Assembly: GCF_963921235.1 (NCBI RefSeq)
Contig: NC_086108.1
Coordinates: 109,060,001 to 109,124,000, forward strand
Reading direction: 5' to 3'
DNA length: 64,000 nucleotides
DNA from: Mobula hypostoma
Taxonomy: Eukaryota
In this document: piece after piece, positions 36,363 to 49,594 of the stretch
Position numbering within the stretch: the first letter of the stretch is position 1
Layout: each line of letters begins with the position of its first letter
Program-made: the position numbers and the translations under genes
Notes under the pieces: model-generated
Seen by the model: the letters and a program-made list of their open reading frames with translations, nothing else
What the model was told of the DNA's origin: nothing
Database searches by the model: none

Positions 36363-36834
36363 CATGGTCGCAGTGTAAAGCAAGTAGAGCAGTTACTAAG
36401 CACATAGCCTTATAGTGCACCTATGCTGACAGAGATTATGGAGGAGGTGTTTTTGTCAACCTGAAGTGACTGGGGTTTACAAGTGAGGAAGTCCAGGGTC
36501 CAATTGTACAAGCAGGTATTGAGGCCATGAAGTACCTTCCATTTTGTCACCAGATCTCTGAATGGACAATGACCCCATGTACACAGCCTAAATACTTGTT
36601 CTTTTTTTCCTCTTTGTGCACTACTTACTGAATGTTTAAAATATACTTCTTATTGTAATTTATAGAATTTTTATTATTATGTATTGCAATGCACTGCTGC
36701 CAGAAAACAGCAAATTTCATGACATAGGCCAGTGATATTAAGCCTGAATGATTTTGATTCAGCGTCTGTGCTACCCTTTGGACAACTACATCATTTACTT
36801 TCCATCTCTTGTAGCCCTTAAACTTTCTCTCATT

Positions 36835-37392
36835 CAAAGTGCTGGAGGAATCCAGCAAGTCAGGCAGCATATATGGAAATGAATAAGCAGTTGACATTTT
36901 GGGCTGAGTCCAGTGAGGGAGAAGGTGGTTGGGTAGGGGAGGGATGATGAAGTGAGAAAGTAGGAGGTGGATAGATGGAAGAAATAAAATGCTGGCCTGA
37001 AATATCAACTATCCATTACACTCCATAGATGCTGCCTGAACTGCTAGATCCTACAGCATTTTGAGTGTATTAATCTGGAGTTCCAGCATCTGCAGATTCT
37101 CTTGTGTTTATGAAGAAGGAACCTGATAAGAGAGGAGAGTTCACCACAGGAGAACGAGAAGGAGGAGGGGCATCTGAAAGAGATGATGGGCAAGTGAGGA
37201 GAAGAGAAGGGGTAAGAGTGGAGCCAGAATGGGGAATAGAAAAAGTGAGAAGGGAGAGACAGATTTGGAAGTTTGAGAAATTGATGTTCATACCATCAGG
37301 TTGGAGGCTACCCAGACAGAATATCAGGTGTTGCTCCTCCAACCTGAGAGTGACCTCATTGCGGCAGTAGAAAAGGTCATGGACCAACATAT
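36835..37392. mobile_element. Rearranged PLE remnant
   Basis: GIY-YIG C-terminus in ORF 37070-37390 plus inverted terminal pieces. Confidence 0.75.
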
Positions 37393-37985
37393 CACATTTA
37401 AATTCAGACTAGCTTATTGTTGTGTAAATCAGGATACAATGAAACTCATTGGTCATATGAAGCTCACAGATTTAAGCAGTCTACATGGTATCGATCTCAG
37501 TGCTTAATGGTCTTGGTCCATGCCAAAAAGGATTGGGAACCCCTGGTGTACAGAATCTCATTGAAACCAATGGAATATTGAAAGGTCGAGATAAAGTGGA
37601 CATGGCGTTAGGGTGCTGGAGCAGGGATCCAAATGCAGACCCAGTACTGTGCACACAGTGATATTAATTGAGTAACAAATCCAGGGGTGCAAACAAAGTT
37701 GGCGTCAAAGTTCAGGCAGAGATCAAAACATCCAGAGAAATCTAAATACCAGAGTCAGGAAACAGGCAGAGTCGATATTCAGACAGACAGAGTACAGATA
37801 CGAATGCTGGAAAGGCTCAGGAAAATTCATTGGCACAATCTGGTAACAAACAGGTGAAAACGCAGGACTGAAATACACTGAGCAATAAACGGAGAGGCAG
37901 ATGATAGGTGGAGCACAATGAGACACAGGTGGCAGCAATACAGGTGATAATGAGAAGCAGATGAGAGATGGAGTACTCAGTAATA

Positions 37986-39547
37986 GAAACATAGAAAATA
38001 GGTGCAGGAGTAGGCCATTCGGCCCTTCGAGCCTGCACCGCCATTTATTATGATCATGGCTGATCATCCAACTCAGAACCCCGCCCCAGCCTTCCCTTCA
38101 TACCCCCTGACCCCCGTAGCCACAAGGGCCATATCTAACTCCCTCTTAAACATAGCCAATGAACTGGCCTCAACTGTTTCCTGTGGCAGAGAATTCCACA
38201 GATTCACCACTCTCTGTGTGAAGAAGTTTTTCCTAATCTTGGTCCTAAAAGGCTTCCCCTCTATCCTCAAACTGTGACCCCTCGTTCTGGACTTCCCCAA
38301 CATCGGGAACAATCTTCCTGCATCTAGCCTGTCCAATCCCTTTAGGATCTTGTACGTTTCAATCAGATCCCCCCTCAATCTTCTAAATTCCAACGAGTAC
38401 AAGCCCAGTTCATCCAGTCTTTCTTCATATGAAAGTCCTGCCATCCCAGGAATCAATCCGGTGAACCTTCTTTGTACTCCCTCTATGGCAAAGATGTCTT
38501 TCCTCAGATTAGGGGACCAAAACTGCACACAATACTCCAGGTGTGGTCTCACCAAGGCCTTGTACAACTGCAGTAGTACCTCCCTGCTCCTGTACTCGAA
38601 TCCTCTCGCTATAAATGCCAGCATACCATTTGCCTTTTTCACCACCTGCTGTACCTGCATGCCCACTTTCAATGACTGGTGTATAATGACACCCAGGTCT
38701 CGTTGCACCTCCCCTTTTCCTAATCGGCCACCATTCAGATAATAATCTGTTTTCCTATTTTTGCCACCAAAGTGGATAACTTCACATTTATCCACATTAA
38801 ATTGCATCCGCCATGAGTTTGCCCACTCACCCAACCTATCCAAGTCACCCTGCATCCTCTTAGCATCCTCCTCACTGCTAACACTGCCACCCAGCTTCGT
38901 GTCATCCGCAAACTTGGAGATGCTGCATTTAATTCCCTCATCCAAGTCATTAATATATATTGTAAACAACTGGGGTCCCAGCACTGAGCCTTGCGGTACC
39001 CCACTAGTCACCGCCTGCCATTCTGGAAAGGTCCCGTTTATTCCCACTCTTTGCTTCCTGTCTGCTAACCAATTCTCCACCCACACCAATACCTTACCCC
39101 CAATACCGTGTGCTTTAAGTTTGCACACTAATCTCCTGTGTGGGACCTTGTCAAAAGCCTTTTGAAAATCCAAATATTCCACATCCACTGGTTCTCCCCT
39201 ATCCACTCTGCTAGTTACATCCTCAAAAAATTCTATGAGATTCGTCAGACATGATTTTCCTTTCACAAATCCATGCTGACTTTGTCCGATCATTTCACCG
39301 CTTTCCAAATGTGCTGTTATCACATCCTTGATAACTGACTCCAGCAGTTTCCCCACCACCGACATTAGGCTAACCGGTCTATAATTCCCCGGTTTCTCTC
39401 TCCCTCCTTTTTTAAAAAGTGGGGTTACATTAGCCACCCTCCAATCTTCAGGAACTAGTCCAGAATCTAACGAGTTTTGAAAAATTATTACTAATGCATC
39501 CACTATTTCTTGGGTTACTTCCTTAAGCACTCTAGGATGCAGACCAA
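37986..39547 (-). mobile_element. Young CR1 LINE, 5'-truncated, in 3' LTR of Gypsy 2
   Basis: Uninterrupted RT frame of about 490 codons within ORF 38073-39608 ([31 protein letters not shown]); TSD CAGTAATA at 37978-37985 and 39556-39563. Confidence 0.97.
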
Positions 39548-39794
39548 TAGTAATACAGTAATACAGGGACCGGAGTAGAGTAGGAGCAGGAAAAGGAGCA
39601 CATGGCAATACAAAACCACAGACTGACAGCTAGGGGGAAAACACATAAAAAGACAGTTCAACTGGAGGTACTGACAGTACCCCCCCCCTCCACAATCTAC
39701 GGATGCCTCCCGGAGTCACAGCAGGTAGAGCTGGGTGCTGGCGATGAAAGAGGGGTCCAGGATGTTATGGACGGGGACCCAGCACCTCTCAAGA

Positions 39795-40423
39795 CCACAC
39801 ATCAAAGTTGCTGGCGAACACAGCAGGCCAGGCAGCATCTCTAAGAAGAGGTACATTCGACATTTCAGACCGAGACCCTTCGTCAGGACTAGCTGAAGGA
39901 AGAGTTAGTAAGAGATTTGAAAGTGGGAGGGGGAGGGGGAGATCCAAAATGATAGGAGAAGACAGGAGGGGGAGGGATGGAGCCAAGAGCTGGACAGGTG
40001 ATTGGCAAAAGGGATATGAGAGGATCATGGGACAAGAGGTCCGGGAAGAAAGACGGGGGGGGGGTGGCTGGTATGGAAACCCAGAGGATGGGCAAGGGGT
40101 ATAGTCAGAGGGACAGAGGGAGAAAAAGGAGAGTGAGAGAAAGAATGTGCGTATAAAAATAAATAACGGATGGGGTACGAGGAGGAGGTGGGGCATTAGT
40201 GGAAGTTAGAGAAGTCAATGTTCATGCCATCAGGTTGGAGGCTACCCAGACAGAATATAAGGTGTTGTTCCTTCAACCTGAGTGTGGCTTCATCTTTACA
40301 GTAGAGGAGGCCGTGGATAGACATGTCAGAATGGGAATGGGATGTGGAATTAAAACGTGTGGCCACTGGGAGATCCTGCTTTCTCTGGCGGACAGAGAAA
40401 ACAGGATCTCCCAGTGGCCACAC
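39795..40423 (-). mobile_element. Penelope-like element replacing part of the Gypsy 2 integrase
   Basis: GIY-YIG C-terminus ([22 protein letters not shown]..); terminal hairpin about 40357-40423. Confidence 0.87.
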
Positions 40424-43098
40424 AGGGAGGTTGACCAACAGTGGAGGTTGGTAGCCAAGGCAGCACTCGAAGGGGACAGACCAGTGGATGAGGACAGATG
40501 AGAGTTTCTGGCGTACTCGGCCCAGGGTAGCTGCTGACTCCACGTGGAGGGTTTCTGGAGACCAGACACCGAAATACAGTCTCTAGCTGTTGGTTGGCCC
40601 GCTCGGTCTGGCCATTGGTCTGTGGGTGGAATCCTGAAGACAGACTTACGGAGGCACCCAGAAGATTACAGAATGCCCTCCAGAAGTTGGATGTGAATTG
40701 AGAGCCCGTGACACAACATCTACAGGTAGACCATGTAATTTAAAAACATGCAGAACTAGGAATTTGGCTGTTTTTTTGGCCGAGGGTAGTTTAGGTAAAG
40801 GAATGAAGTATAAAGACTTGGAGAAATGATTAACTACTGTGACAATGGTGGTACTACCATCCGATGGGGGAAGACCGGTGACAAAATCCAGGGCAATGTG
40901 GGGAGCAGGGTCTCTTGGGGATAGTCAGCAGTTGTAACAGACCAGGAAGTGACCAGTTAGAGTTCTTGCCTTGAACACATACCGAGCAGGCTGAGACAAA
41001 GTTGCAGATGTCACCTCCCATGGAGGGCCACCAGAACCGCTGACTGATGAAGGCCTGAGTTCGCTTGGTTCCAGGGTGACAGGATAACTGGGAAAAATGA
41101 CCCTACTGCAATACCTGTGAGCGGACAGAGCTGGGAACATAAACATGGTTAGTGGGGCATTGCACCATGGCTTCAATGTCCCATTGGGCTGCACCCACGA
41201 GACAGTGAGCAGAGAGGATGACATCAGGTACCTTAGGGGTCTCAGAGGAAAGAAATCTTCTGGACAGGGCATCAGGTTTGTCCATTCTTGGAACTGGGGC
41301 AGAAGGACAGAGTAAAATTGAATCTTGAGGAAAACAGGGACCAACGAGCTTGACGGGAGTTGAGACGCTCAGCTGTATGAATAAATTCCAGTTTCTTGTG
41401 AAGAGTCCAGACTAAGAATGGCACCCTTTCTCCTCCAGCCAATGCCTCCAATCCTCCAGAGCTAGCTTCACAGCCAGCATCTTCTGGTTTCCGACATCGT
41501 AATTCCACTCTGTGGGCGTGAGACGGTGAGCGAAGGCGTTGCAGGGGTGTACCTTCTCATCCTTGGTCAAGTGCTGAGAGAGAACAGCTCCTACACCAAT
41601 GTCAGACGCATCTACCTCCACAACGAACTGCCTGTCGGTGTCGGGTTGAATTGGGGTCAGAGGTGAAACGTTCATTCAGGTCAGGGAATGCTTTCTCAGC
41701 AGCAGGGGACCAGGAGAATCTGACAGCCAATGAGGTAAGAGCAGTGACTGGTGCAGAGAGTGTACTGTAATTTCTGATGAAGCAGCAATAGAAGTTAGCG
41801 AAGCCGAAGAAGTGTTGCAACTCCCGATGAGTCGAGGGTTGGGGAAATTCGACCACCGCCTTGACCTTCTGTTGGTCCATCTTAATGGAACCACCTGAAA
41901 TTACATACCCCAGGAAGGAGACGGTATTGCAATGAAACTCAAATTTCTCAGCCTTCACAAAGAGTTGGATCTCCAGAAGGCAATGGAGAACCCTGCGGAC
42001 GTGACCTGTGTGTTCAGCAAGGGACTTAGAAAAAAAATCAAAATGTCGTCAAGATACACAAAAACAAATTGGTTCAGCACGTCCCTGAGAACAATTTACC
42101 AGGGCTGGGAAGACGGCGGGGGTATTGGTGAGACCGAATGGCGTGACCAGATACTCGTAATGGCCTGAGGTGGTGTTAAAGGCCGTCTTCCACCTGTCCC
42201 CTTCGCGGATGCGGACAAGATGGTAGGTGTTACGGAGATTAAGCTTAGCGAAAACTGAGGCTCCTTGCAGTAGTTCAGATGCCGAGGTCATGAGTGGAAG
42301 AGGGTAACAGTTCTTAACAGTGACTTCATTCAGTCCCTGGTAATCAATGCACGGACGTAAGGAGCCATCCTTCTTTCCAACAAATTAAAAACCGGCACCA
42401 GCAGGGGAGGAAGACAGCTGGATGATGCCTGCAGCCAGAGACTCCTGAATGTACTTATTCATGGCTTCTGTTTCAGGTACAGACAGGGAATACAAGCAAC
42501 CCCTTGGGGGAGACATGCCAGGAAAGAGGTCAATGGCCAATCATATGGATGATGAGGTGGTAGGGAAGTGGCTGGGACTTGAGGTCCATGTATTCAGGAG
42601 GGATGGCACTAAGGCCCAGAAATTCCTCGGGGGGGGGGCTGGGCTTGGAGACAAAGGGATCTGAGCATGGCGGAGACAGGGGGAGTGACAGAATGGTCTC
42701 TAGTCTTCAATCTTATGACTGAGCCAGTCAATGTGGGGGTTGTATCTGACTAACCATGGCTGGCCCAGGACAATGGGAGCTTGAGTAGAGTCAATAAAAT
42801 AAAGGGTTAACTGTTCATGATGGCTGCCAGGTAAACTGAGACTCACCGGGGCCGTGACATGCGTGATGTTAGTCAGCTTGACCATTCAAGGCATTGGCCA
42901 CTACTGGTGACTGGAGAGCAGACGTGAGTAGTCCCCACTGGGCAGCCAAGCCGAAATTGATAAAACACCCTTCTGCACCAGAATCGAGCAAGACGGAGAC
43001 TGCTTGGCATTGGATGCCCCACTCCAGAGAAGCAGGTATGAGCGTGAGTGGTGCTGAGGAGGGCAGGACAGGGGTCGTGCTCACCACTACAGCTCATC

Positions 43099-44066
43099 CT
43101 ACTGGTGAGCGCTGGCTTTTACTGGGCAGGTGGTGATGAAATGGCCTGGTTGGCCACAGTACAGACAGCAGGGGGTGCTGATTCGCCTTCGTCTTTCAGT
43201 CAGCCTCAGGCGGGTACGGTCAACATGCATAGCCTCAGGCCCTGCAACACATAGAGGCAAATGGCAGGGCAATGTAGACTGATGAGGAGCTTGGAACTCA
43301 CCCAGTGCCCCCAGGGACCCTCTGGAACCCCTCCCTCTGCGGCACTGCTGAAGGCGAACATCAATACGGATGGCCAAATCCACCAGGGCTTCAAAGGTGG
43401 CAGGAAGGTCCTGGGTGAGAAGCTCATCTTTGCTGTCTTCAGATAGGCTGTTCAACAAGGTGTCATACTGCGCCTTCGAGTTCAAGCCGCTGGAGGTGGC
43501 TAGGGTCCAGAACTCTATGGCATAATCTGTCACGGATCTGCGCCCCTGGTGCATGTGTAGCATTTCAGGGGCAGCCTCTCCCCCATGTTTGGAGAAATCA
43601 AACACTTTTCTCATCTCCTCAGAAGATAACTGAAAACTACTGCAGAAAGGGGAGCCTGCCTCCCAGACAGCTGTTCCCCATTCTCTCGCCCGACCGGACA
43701 GTTGGGTGATGACGTAGGCTACCTTGGCTCGATCAGTCGGAAATGTTGCTGGTTGCAATTCAAAAATGATGGTGCACTGGGAAAGAAAAGAGCATCAGTT
43801 ACCGGGTTCACCTGGGTACTTTTCTGGAGGAGACAAACGGGGCTCTTGAATGGGAGGAGTGAGCAAGAACACGGATGGCGGGGCAGAAGATGCAGTCGCA
43901 GAATATCGATGGGTGCTCTGGGACAGCTGGAGTGACTGAGTCTGGGCCCCAAGATTGGCTATATTGGCAGAAAGTGACACCACTGCACTGGGCATGGAGT
44001 CCAGCTGGATCTGACGTCTCCCCAGCATCACTCCATTTTTCCAGGGCAACTCTCAGATCTGCTGGA
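43099..44066 (-). pseudogene. gag: Gypsy 2 gag (sushi-type capsid plus CCHC knuckle), frameshifted
   Basis: PRLSPPEKYPG, AKVAYVITQLSGRAREW, QGRRSVTDYAIEF, CLYCGQPGHFITTC. Confidence 0.9.
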
Positions 44067-44679
44067 TCTATTCTGGCCAGATTGTACTGTCAGGGCACTG
44101 GAGCAAGGATCCAATCGCAGACCCAGTACTATGCACACAGTGACATTAATTCAGTAACAAATCCCAAGGTGTGAACAAAGTCAGCGTCAAAGTTCAGGCA
44201 GAGGTCAAAACATCCAGAGAAATCCAAAAACCAGAGTCAGGAAACAGGCAGAGTCAATATTCAGACAGACAGAGCACAGGTACAAATGCTGGAAAGGCTC
44301 AGGAAAATTCCCTGGTACATTCTGGTAACAAACAGGTGAAAACACAGGACTGAAATACACTGAGCAATGAACAGAGGGGCAGATGATAGTTGGAGCACAA
44401 TGAGACACAGGTGGCAGCAATACAGGTAATAATGAGAAACAGGTGAGAGACGGAGTAGGTTGCGGCTGGCACTTTTGGGGGGTGGAATCAGTGGCAATTG
44501 AGTTAGTTATCAGCTGATGGGCTGTGTTGGTTTGGCCGAGGGCTGACTGTATGCTTCTTGGTTGTGGCTGGGCTGCCGGCTGGGAGTTGGGGTTGGGCTA
44601 GACTGGTAGTTGGGGCCGTTGATTGATTGACTTTGGTGTGGAGGAGCCTAGTAGTTTGGAAAGGGTTAGTTTGTAGCCT

Positions 44680-45877
44680 ATGGCTGCAAAAGGTGAGGGG
44701 GGGGGTTGAGATTGAAGGAGGAGGGTGGGAGACTGTGGAATACTCCAGAAGTAAGGGTAGCCAAAAAAGGGGTGCATCAAGTGAAAGACCTGAAGTAATG
44801 GGGGACAACAAATTGAGGAAAATGGGTGAATTGGAGGAATTTATAGTTCTGTATAAAATTAAAGGTCAGAAGGAAGGGGAAGGAGGATTTAGAGCCCTTA
44901 ATCCTTTGAAAGCAGCATAAGAAAACCAAATAGGTAAAGGATTCCAGGCCAAGATTTTGTCTAATGGATTGCTGAAAATTTGTTGCAAAGATATTGACCA
45001 ATATAACAGTGCTAAAATGGTGGGAAAATTGGTTGTGGAAGTGGAGTGTATTACTCTGAAAGAAAGGAAGGGAGTTAAGGGGGTAGTGTATGGTGTTTGG
45101 TCTGGCATGACTGAAAAGGAAATTTTGGACAATATTAAAGGTGGTCGAGTGATTGAAGCCAAATGATTAAAATCGAGAGAAGGAGGTGATTGGGATTCCC
45201 CTGTTCTTCTGGTTTTTGCAGGTGATGTTCTTTTAACTAGAGTCTATCTTGGGTGCATGTCTTATCAAGTTAGAGAATGCATTAGGCCTCCCTTACGCTG
45301 TTATAATTGCCAGAGATTTGGACACGTTGCTGGTTCATGTCGAGGTAAAAGAAGATGTATGAAATGTGGGGAGGATCATGATATTAAAGCATGTAAGGCA
45401 GTGGTGCCTAAATGCAGTAACAGTGGAGGGGACCATATAGCGGTGTTCAGAGGATGTGAGTATTTTAGTAAGGCAAAGCAGATTCTGGATGTTAGTATCC
45501 AACAAAAAATATCATATGCTGAAGCAGTAAACAAAGTTGATAGAGAGCAAAGGATAACTAAAGAAAAGATAGGAATGGTGGGGAGTCAGTTCTTTCCGAG
45601 TTCTCCAACTATGGCTCCTTCAGGCATGTTGTTGATGACTAAAGAGTCTTTTTTGGCGTTTGTTGTTGATGTACTAGTTGGGGCTAAAACTACAGCCAAG
45701 AGGTCGGATATGATAAAAGTAGTTGTTGGAGCTGCAGAGAGATTCCTTGATGTAAAACAGATTTCGCCGGAAAAATTACATGAGTATATGACAGACAAAC
45801 AATCACTGAATATTTCCCAGTTGTCGGGATCAAAGAGTAGGGAGGAACCTTATGTGGATGAAGAGGCCAATAATTAG
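44680..45877 (+). pseudogene. Nimb-like ORF1 (three zinc knuckles), one frameshift and two stops
   Basis: VKGVVYGV, PPLRCYNCQRFGHVAGSC, CMKCGEDHDIKAC, CSNSGGDHIAVFRGC. Confidence 0.9.
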
Positions 45878-45880
45878 GAT

Positions 45881-48800
45881 TTGGATATTTTAATATTACA
45901 ATGGAATGCAAAAAGTTTATCTGCAAATGGTCAAGAATTAAAAAGATTTATTGGAACTTTTAAAGACAAGCCTGATTTGATCTGTACACAGGAGACATGG
46001 TTAAAGCCACATTTAGATTTTGTGATCCCTAACTATGATGGTCTGAGAGCTGACAGAAAATGGGTAAATCTGGTGGAGGGTGTGCAACTTTCATAAAAAC
46101 AGGTCTCCAGTTTAGAAGACTTGATTTTAAATCTAACCTTAAAATTGTGGCTGTGGAGGTTTGGAGCTCTTGTGGTCAAATAACTTTGATTAACTTTTAT
46201 AATCCAGGTAATATGATGTTATCAGATTTGGATGAAATTATGAATAAGGTAAGATTCCCAGTAATCCGGGTTGGAGATTTCAATGCCCATAATCCTATAT
46301 GGGGTAGTGAAAGTAAAGATAGTAATAGAGCAGTAATAGAGGAGTGTCTAGATAAATACAACATGGTACTGCTAAATGACGGAAGGCCTACAAGATTTAA
46401 TATTGTAAAGAATACTTCTAGTCACTTAGACTTATCTATCACTTCCTCAAACTTAGCTAGGGTTGGGGAATGGGATGTTATGGACAGGTACACACTAGGA
46501 AGTGATCGCTATCCTATATTATGTAGATTTGGTAGAAATTTGATAGTAGAAGTTGAGGAGAGGTCTGCTAGGTATAATTTTTCTTTGGCCCATTGGGATG
46601 AGTACCAGGAGAAAGCTGTGGATATAATAGAAGAGATTAATAGCAAGGGCTCTATAGACGATTGGAATGAATTCCTTTGTTTTATAATTCATGAAGTTGC
46701 TCAGTTGACTATTCCGCTACGGAATGTTCCTAAGGCTCGAGCACTAGTTCCGTGGTGGAATAAAAATTGTGATATAGAAGTAAGAAATAGAAATAGAGCT
46801 TACAGGAAATTAAGAAAGTATCCAGTGTTAGATAATGTTATGGAGTATAAAAAGGAAAGAGCAGTAGTAAGGAGAGGGATAGTTGGAGAAGATTTTGTGG
46901 AACCCTGAGACACCTATAAAGCAGCTATGGACGATCATTCACAGAATGTCAGGGATATATAGGAAACCATCTATCCCAGCTTTGCTGGAAGGAGATATTG
47001 AAGCTGTAACCAATAAGAAAAAGGCCGATATGTTTGTAGAGGTGTTCCAAGCGTTACACAGTTCTGGAGAGATAGGTGATTTGAGAAAGGAAATCATGTT
47101 AAAGGAAAGTTGGAAATTGGACGGGAGTTTGGATGATAATAGCTCCGTAAATTTGTTTTTCTCCCTTCAGGAATTGCAGGAAGCTGTCCAATCAGGTTCA
47201 AACACTTCTCCTGGTAGGGATGGACTGTGTTATGAAAAGCATTTAGATGACTCTGTATTAATAGAACTTCTAGTGTTGTTTAATTCAGTGTGGAAAGAAG
47301 GAAAATTACCAGTAGAATGGAAGCATGCGGTGGTAGTTCCAGTTTTAAAGCCAGGTAAGGATGCATCTAGTCCTAGTTTGTATTGGCCTACAGCTTTAAC
47401 ATCAGTGCTTTGTAAAATTATGGAACGAATGGTCACCAACAGACTTGTTTATTTTTTGGAAAATAAGAGAAATTTTGCTGCCTATCAAAATGGTTTTAGA
47501 ACTGGAAGATCAACAATGGAATTTGTTGCCCTTTTAGATCATGATATTAATATAGCGTTTTAATATAGAGAAGTAATGGTAAGTGTATTTCTAGATATTG
47601 AAAAAGCATATGACTCACTATGGAAGAATGGCTTAGTAGTTAAACTCTATGATGTGGGAATTAGAGGTAGAATGTTTAATTGGATCAAAGGTTTCCTTAA
47701 GGAAAGGAGAATTCAAGTAAGAATAGGCAGAACAAGCTCCAAGTTAGTTAAAATAGGTAATGGTACCCCTCAAGGAAGTGTCATTAGTCCAGTTCTTTCT
47801 AATGTCATGATAAATGATATCTTTGATCAGGTAGAGACAGGATTTGGCAAATCATTGTTTGCAGACGATGGTGCAATCTGGAAAAGAGGAAGAAACATCA
47901 AGCATATATTAAGTCAGGTAGAAAAGGCTTTAAGATCAGTTGAAAACTGGGCTAATAAATGGGGTTTCAGGATTTCTGCTTCTAAGTGCAAATATATGAT
48001 TTTTGGCTTTAGGAGAAAGATTCTTGATCGTGAATTGTGTCTATATGATTCTCCACTAGAAAAAGTCAAGGTATTCAAGTTTTTAGGTGTCTGGTTTGAT
48101 GAAAGACTTACTTGGAAGGTTCATATAGATAAAACAATTGGAAAGTGTGAGGAAGTTTTAAATGTTATGAGAAGTATTGCTGGATGCGACGAGGGAGCAG
48201 GGTGGGAAACTATGTACTTAATATATGTAGCTATGATTAGATCAGTTATAGATTATGGTTGTATTGCTTATGGTTCCGCAGCTACGGCAGTGTTTGGAAA
48301 ACTAGACACTGTGCAGTCCAAAGCACTTAGACTCTGTTATGGAGCTTTTAGAACAACATCAGTCCCGGTATTATGTGTGGAGATGGGAGAAGTGCCTCTA
48401 CATTTAAGACTAATTCAGTTGGACCTGCAGTATTGGGTAAAGCTAAATGGATTCAATCACAGCTGTTCACCAAAGTGTCTTTTGCAGGGGAAGTCGGAGC
48501 ACCAGAGTAAAATTAAAAGATGCCCATTTTTAGATTTGGTTAATAACTGGGCTGTGAAATTGAAACTGACTGAGGAAGACATAGTTGACCAAATTTGCTT
48601 GCCACCCATCCCTTTTTGGCTCTTTCCAGAACCAGAAGTAGACCTATTCCTCCTTTTTCAGCTTCAAGGAAGCAGTGCAATTTCATCAGTGTTGATCACA
48701 AATGAATATTTAAATAATAAATGGGGATCTTATCTGAAGATTTTTACTGATGGCTCAGTGGACCCAGAGAGCAGTAGGGCAGGATTTGGGATGTATGTGT

Positions 48801-49594
48801 CTCAACTTGGAGTTAAGATTGGTCACTGGGTTTCAGATGGTGTTTCTGTCTTTGCAACAGAATTATTAGCAATCCTCTGGGCCTTATGGTGGATAGAAGA
48901 CTCTCGACCACGTAGGGTTATCATCTGTTCAGATCCTGCTGCTGCCTTAGAGTCTATAAAAGGGAGTAAATCAAAAGCTCGTCCTGACATAGTTATTGAG
49001 ATTCTCTTAGTGTTGTTTAGAGTAGGGAAGATGGGTTGTGCAGTTAGATTTTCATGGATACCTGGGCATACTGGGGTGGAGGGAAATGAAATTGTGGATG
49101 GCATTGCAAAGTCTTCCTTACAGAGCAGGCAAGTAGAAATTAGAGTTCCCCTAGGCAGAGCGGAATTGAGAAGCAGGATTAAAAAAGGTATAGAGAAGAA
49201 GTGGCAGGAGGATTGGAAAAATGAATTAAGGGGCAGGCATTATTTTTCTAGTCACCCACTAGTTAAAAAGGTCTCAGACCTTTTAAGTCTTAGAGATATG
49301 GTGAAATTTACAAGACTTAGGTTGGGGCATTGTGGGTTAAACTATTATTTAAAGATAATAGGAAAACGTCCTACTCGATTATGTGATTGTGGTAGTCCAG
49401 AGACAGTCCAGCATGTTTTGCTGAGCTGTAATCGATACAAAATTGAAAGAAGCATGCTGTTCAAGAGGCTATCTGGCTTAAATTTATTTTGGTTTTCTAT
49501 TAAATCTTTGTTTGGCCATCAAGAGAATCAACATCTGATTGAAGAGTTTATTATTCAGTTTATACGTGAGACTAGGTTGTATTCGAGAATTTGA
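45881..49594 (+). pseudogene. Nimb-like ORF2 (APE endonuclease-RT-RNase H), disrupted
   Basis: QWNAKSL, QETWL, GDFNAH, SDRYP; PGRDG, DIEKAYD, PQGSVISP, FADD; IFTDGS, ELLAI, WIPGHTGVEGNE; CDCGSPETVQHVLLSC. Confidence 0.94.

Noticed and set aside
38350..39165. Plus-strand ORFs of 130 and 134 aa
   Set aside because: Antisense shadows of the CR1 RT frame
43099..43758. Domesticated PEG10/RTL-like gene
   Set aside because: Lies in a complete LTR element with TSD; gag start and pol are disrupted
47576..49594. Host RNase H or polymerase gene (672-aa ORF)
   Set aside because: It is the uninterrupted part of a LINE ORF2 bounded by a tail and TSD
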